Shown one piece after another: positions 62,977 through 64,000 of a stretch of 64,000 nucleotides of DNA. Every line of letters begins with the position of its first letter. The first letter of the stretch is position 1. Source of the stretch: a bacterium. Its GTDB lineage: Bacteria > JACRDZ01 > JAQUKH01. The translations under genes and the position numbers were made by a program. Under the pieces are notes generated by a model. The model saw only the letters and a program-made list of their open reading frames with translations. It had not been told where the DNA came from and did not search any database. The DNA lies in NCBI GenBank assembly GCA_028719205.1, contig JAQUKH010000010.1, forward strand, positions 1-64,000, written 5' to 3'.

Positions 62977-63861
62977 TTGATGCAGAAATTTAAATTTGTT
63001 ATTGTAACAGGATTATCCGGCGCAGGGAAAACTCAGGCGGTTCATATATTTGAGGATTTGGGTTTTTTCTGCATAGATAATCTGCTTCCGGTTTTAATTC
63101 CGGAATTTATACAGATATGCCAAAAGTCAAAAGATAAATTATTGAAAGTGGCTATTGTTGTTGATATCCGTGGAAGGAAATTTTTTGGCGGGCTGCAGGA
63201 TGTTCTTTATAAATTAGATGACACCGGTTTTAAATATGAAATACTTTTTATTGAGGCCTCTGATAGTGTTATTTTAAAAAGATTTAAAGAGACGAGAAGA
63301 GAACATCCGTTAGGCGGCCGCCGTACAATTGAAGAGAATATTGAACTTGAGAGGTCTTATTTAGAACGGGTCAGGGGAAAATCCAAAAAAGTCATTAACA
63401 CATCCAATCTAAGCCTTAAGGAATTCAGGGAAGAGATAATAAATGGGTTTTTGAGAGAAAAAAAATCTAATAAAATTAATTTTTATATAACTGCTTTTGG
63501 TTATAAATACGGTTTGCCGCAGGATGCGGATCTGGTTTTTGATGTTCGTTTTTTACCTAATCCGTTCTATGTTGCCAAACTTAAACATTATTCAGGTGAA
63601 AATCAAAGCGTGCGAAATTTTGTTTTAAAATCAAAGAAAACAAAAGATTTTCTGAAAAGTTTATTTATATTTATTGATAAAATGGTTTCATTCTATCTGA
63701 CAGAAGACAGAATGCATGTTGATATAGCTATTGGTTGTACCGGGGGGAAACACAGGTCAGTTGTCATAAGCACTGAACTAAAAAAATATCTTACCAGACA
63801 AAATCATAAAGTAAATATTGTCTGTCGTGATATGAATAAAGAATATAAAAGGATGTTTTAA
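62977..63861 (+). CDS. rapZ: RNase adapter RapZ/YvcJ
   Basis: VTGLSGAGKT, CIDNL, FGYKYG, FDVRFLPNP, GCTGGKHRSV. Confidence 0.96.
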   Translation: MMQKFKFVIVTGLSGAGKTQAVHIFEDLGFFCIDNLLPVLIPEFIQICQKSKDKLLKVAIVVDIRGRKFFGGLQDVLYKLDDTGFKYEILFIEASDSVILKRFKETRREHPLGGRRTIEENIELERSYLERVRGKSKKVINTSNLSLKEFREEIINGFLREKKSNKINFYITAFGYKYGLPQDADLVFDVRFLPNPFYVAKLKHYSGENQSVRNFVLKSKKTKDFLKSLFIFIDKMVSFYLTEDRMHVDIAIGCTGGKHRSVVISTELKKYLTRQNHKVNIVCRDMNKEYKRMF

Positions 63862-64000
63862 GTGAAGAGGCTAAAGTGGCTTTATCCGGGAATGGGTATA
63901 AAACGCTGGTTTTCTCTCCTGGCTATCGGAATATTTTTTATCGGAGTAAGCATGTCCAATCCATTCCGCAGGATGACAGTTTTTTTGTTTCCGGAGGACT
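63862..64000 (+). CDS. yvcK: YvcK/GlmR family protein, N-terminus only
   Basis: GTG start directly after the rapZ stop; KWLYPGMGIKRW is typical of membrane-anchored YvcK; rapZ-yvcK synteny. Confidence 0.7.
   Translation, partial: MKRLKWLYPGMGIKRWFSLLAIGIFFIGVSMSNPFRRMTVFLFPED

Overview
AT-rich bacterial chromosomal window, almost all on the + strand, from a diderm (kdsA, lptC/A/B, a secretin and a large predicted outer-membrane barrel) that also has Firmicutes-like traits (ylxM-ffh, PASTA-bearing FtsI, UgtP-like glycolipid synthase, rapZ-yvcK). An uncultured or candidate-phylum lineage is plausible but is inference. In order: 3' part of a delta-60-repeat/Ig-like/dockerin surface protein; a RelE/ParE-type toxin-antitoxin pair; ylxM-ffh-rpsP-rimM-trmD-rplS-rnhB-yraN; a T2SS/type-IV-pilus-like operon with a cohesin-tailed secretin, a duplicated chimeric cohesin gene and three pseudopilins, running directly into an ECF sigma, a CBM48-type anti-sigma and an exported helical protein; a UgtP-like glycosyltransferase, proA, nadD; a phosphomannomutase; a Liv-type ABC transporter; a 1558-aa SprA-like protein; an MBL hydrolase, amrS, a divergent apbE and tgt; RNase HI overlapping an expanded RNase P RNA; a decayed nucleotidyltransferase module; the dcw cluster (mraZ to ftsZ, lacking murE and murB); a radical SAM gene; a cytochrome b-RnfB-like polyferredoxin fusion; murJ-kdsA-lptCAB-rpoN-hpf-ptsN-rapZ-yvcK(partial). 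Several families of short palindromic or heptamer repeats occupy intergenic junctions. I saw no rRNA, tRNA, CRISPR array or transposase. The best candidates for something undescribed are the cohesin-secretin/dockerin/carbohydrate-sensing ECF module, the cytochrome b-RnfB fusion, the compact SprA-like protein and the RNase P RNA with inserted helices. All calls come from reading motifs by eye; no database searches were run.
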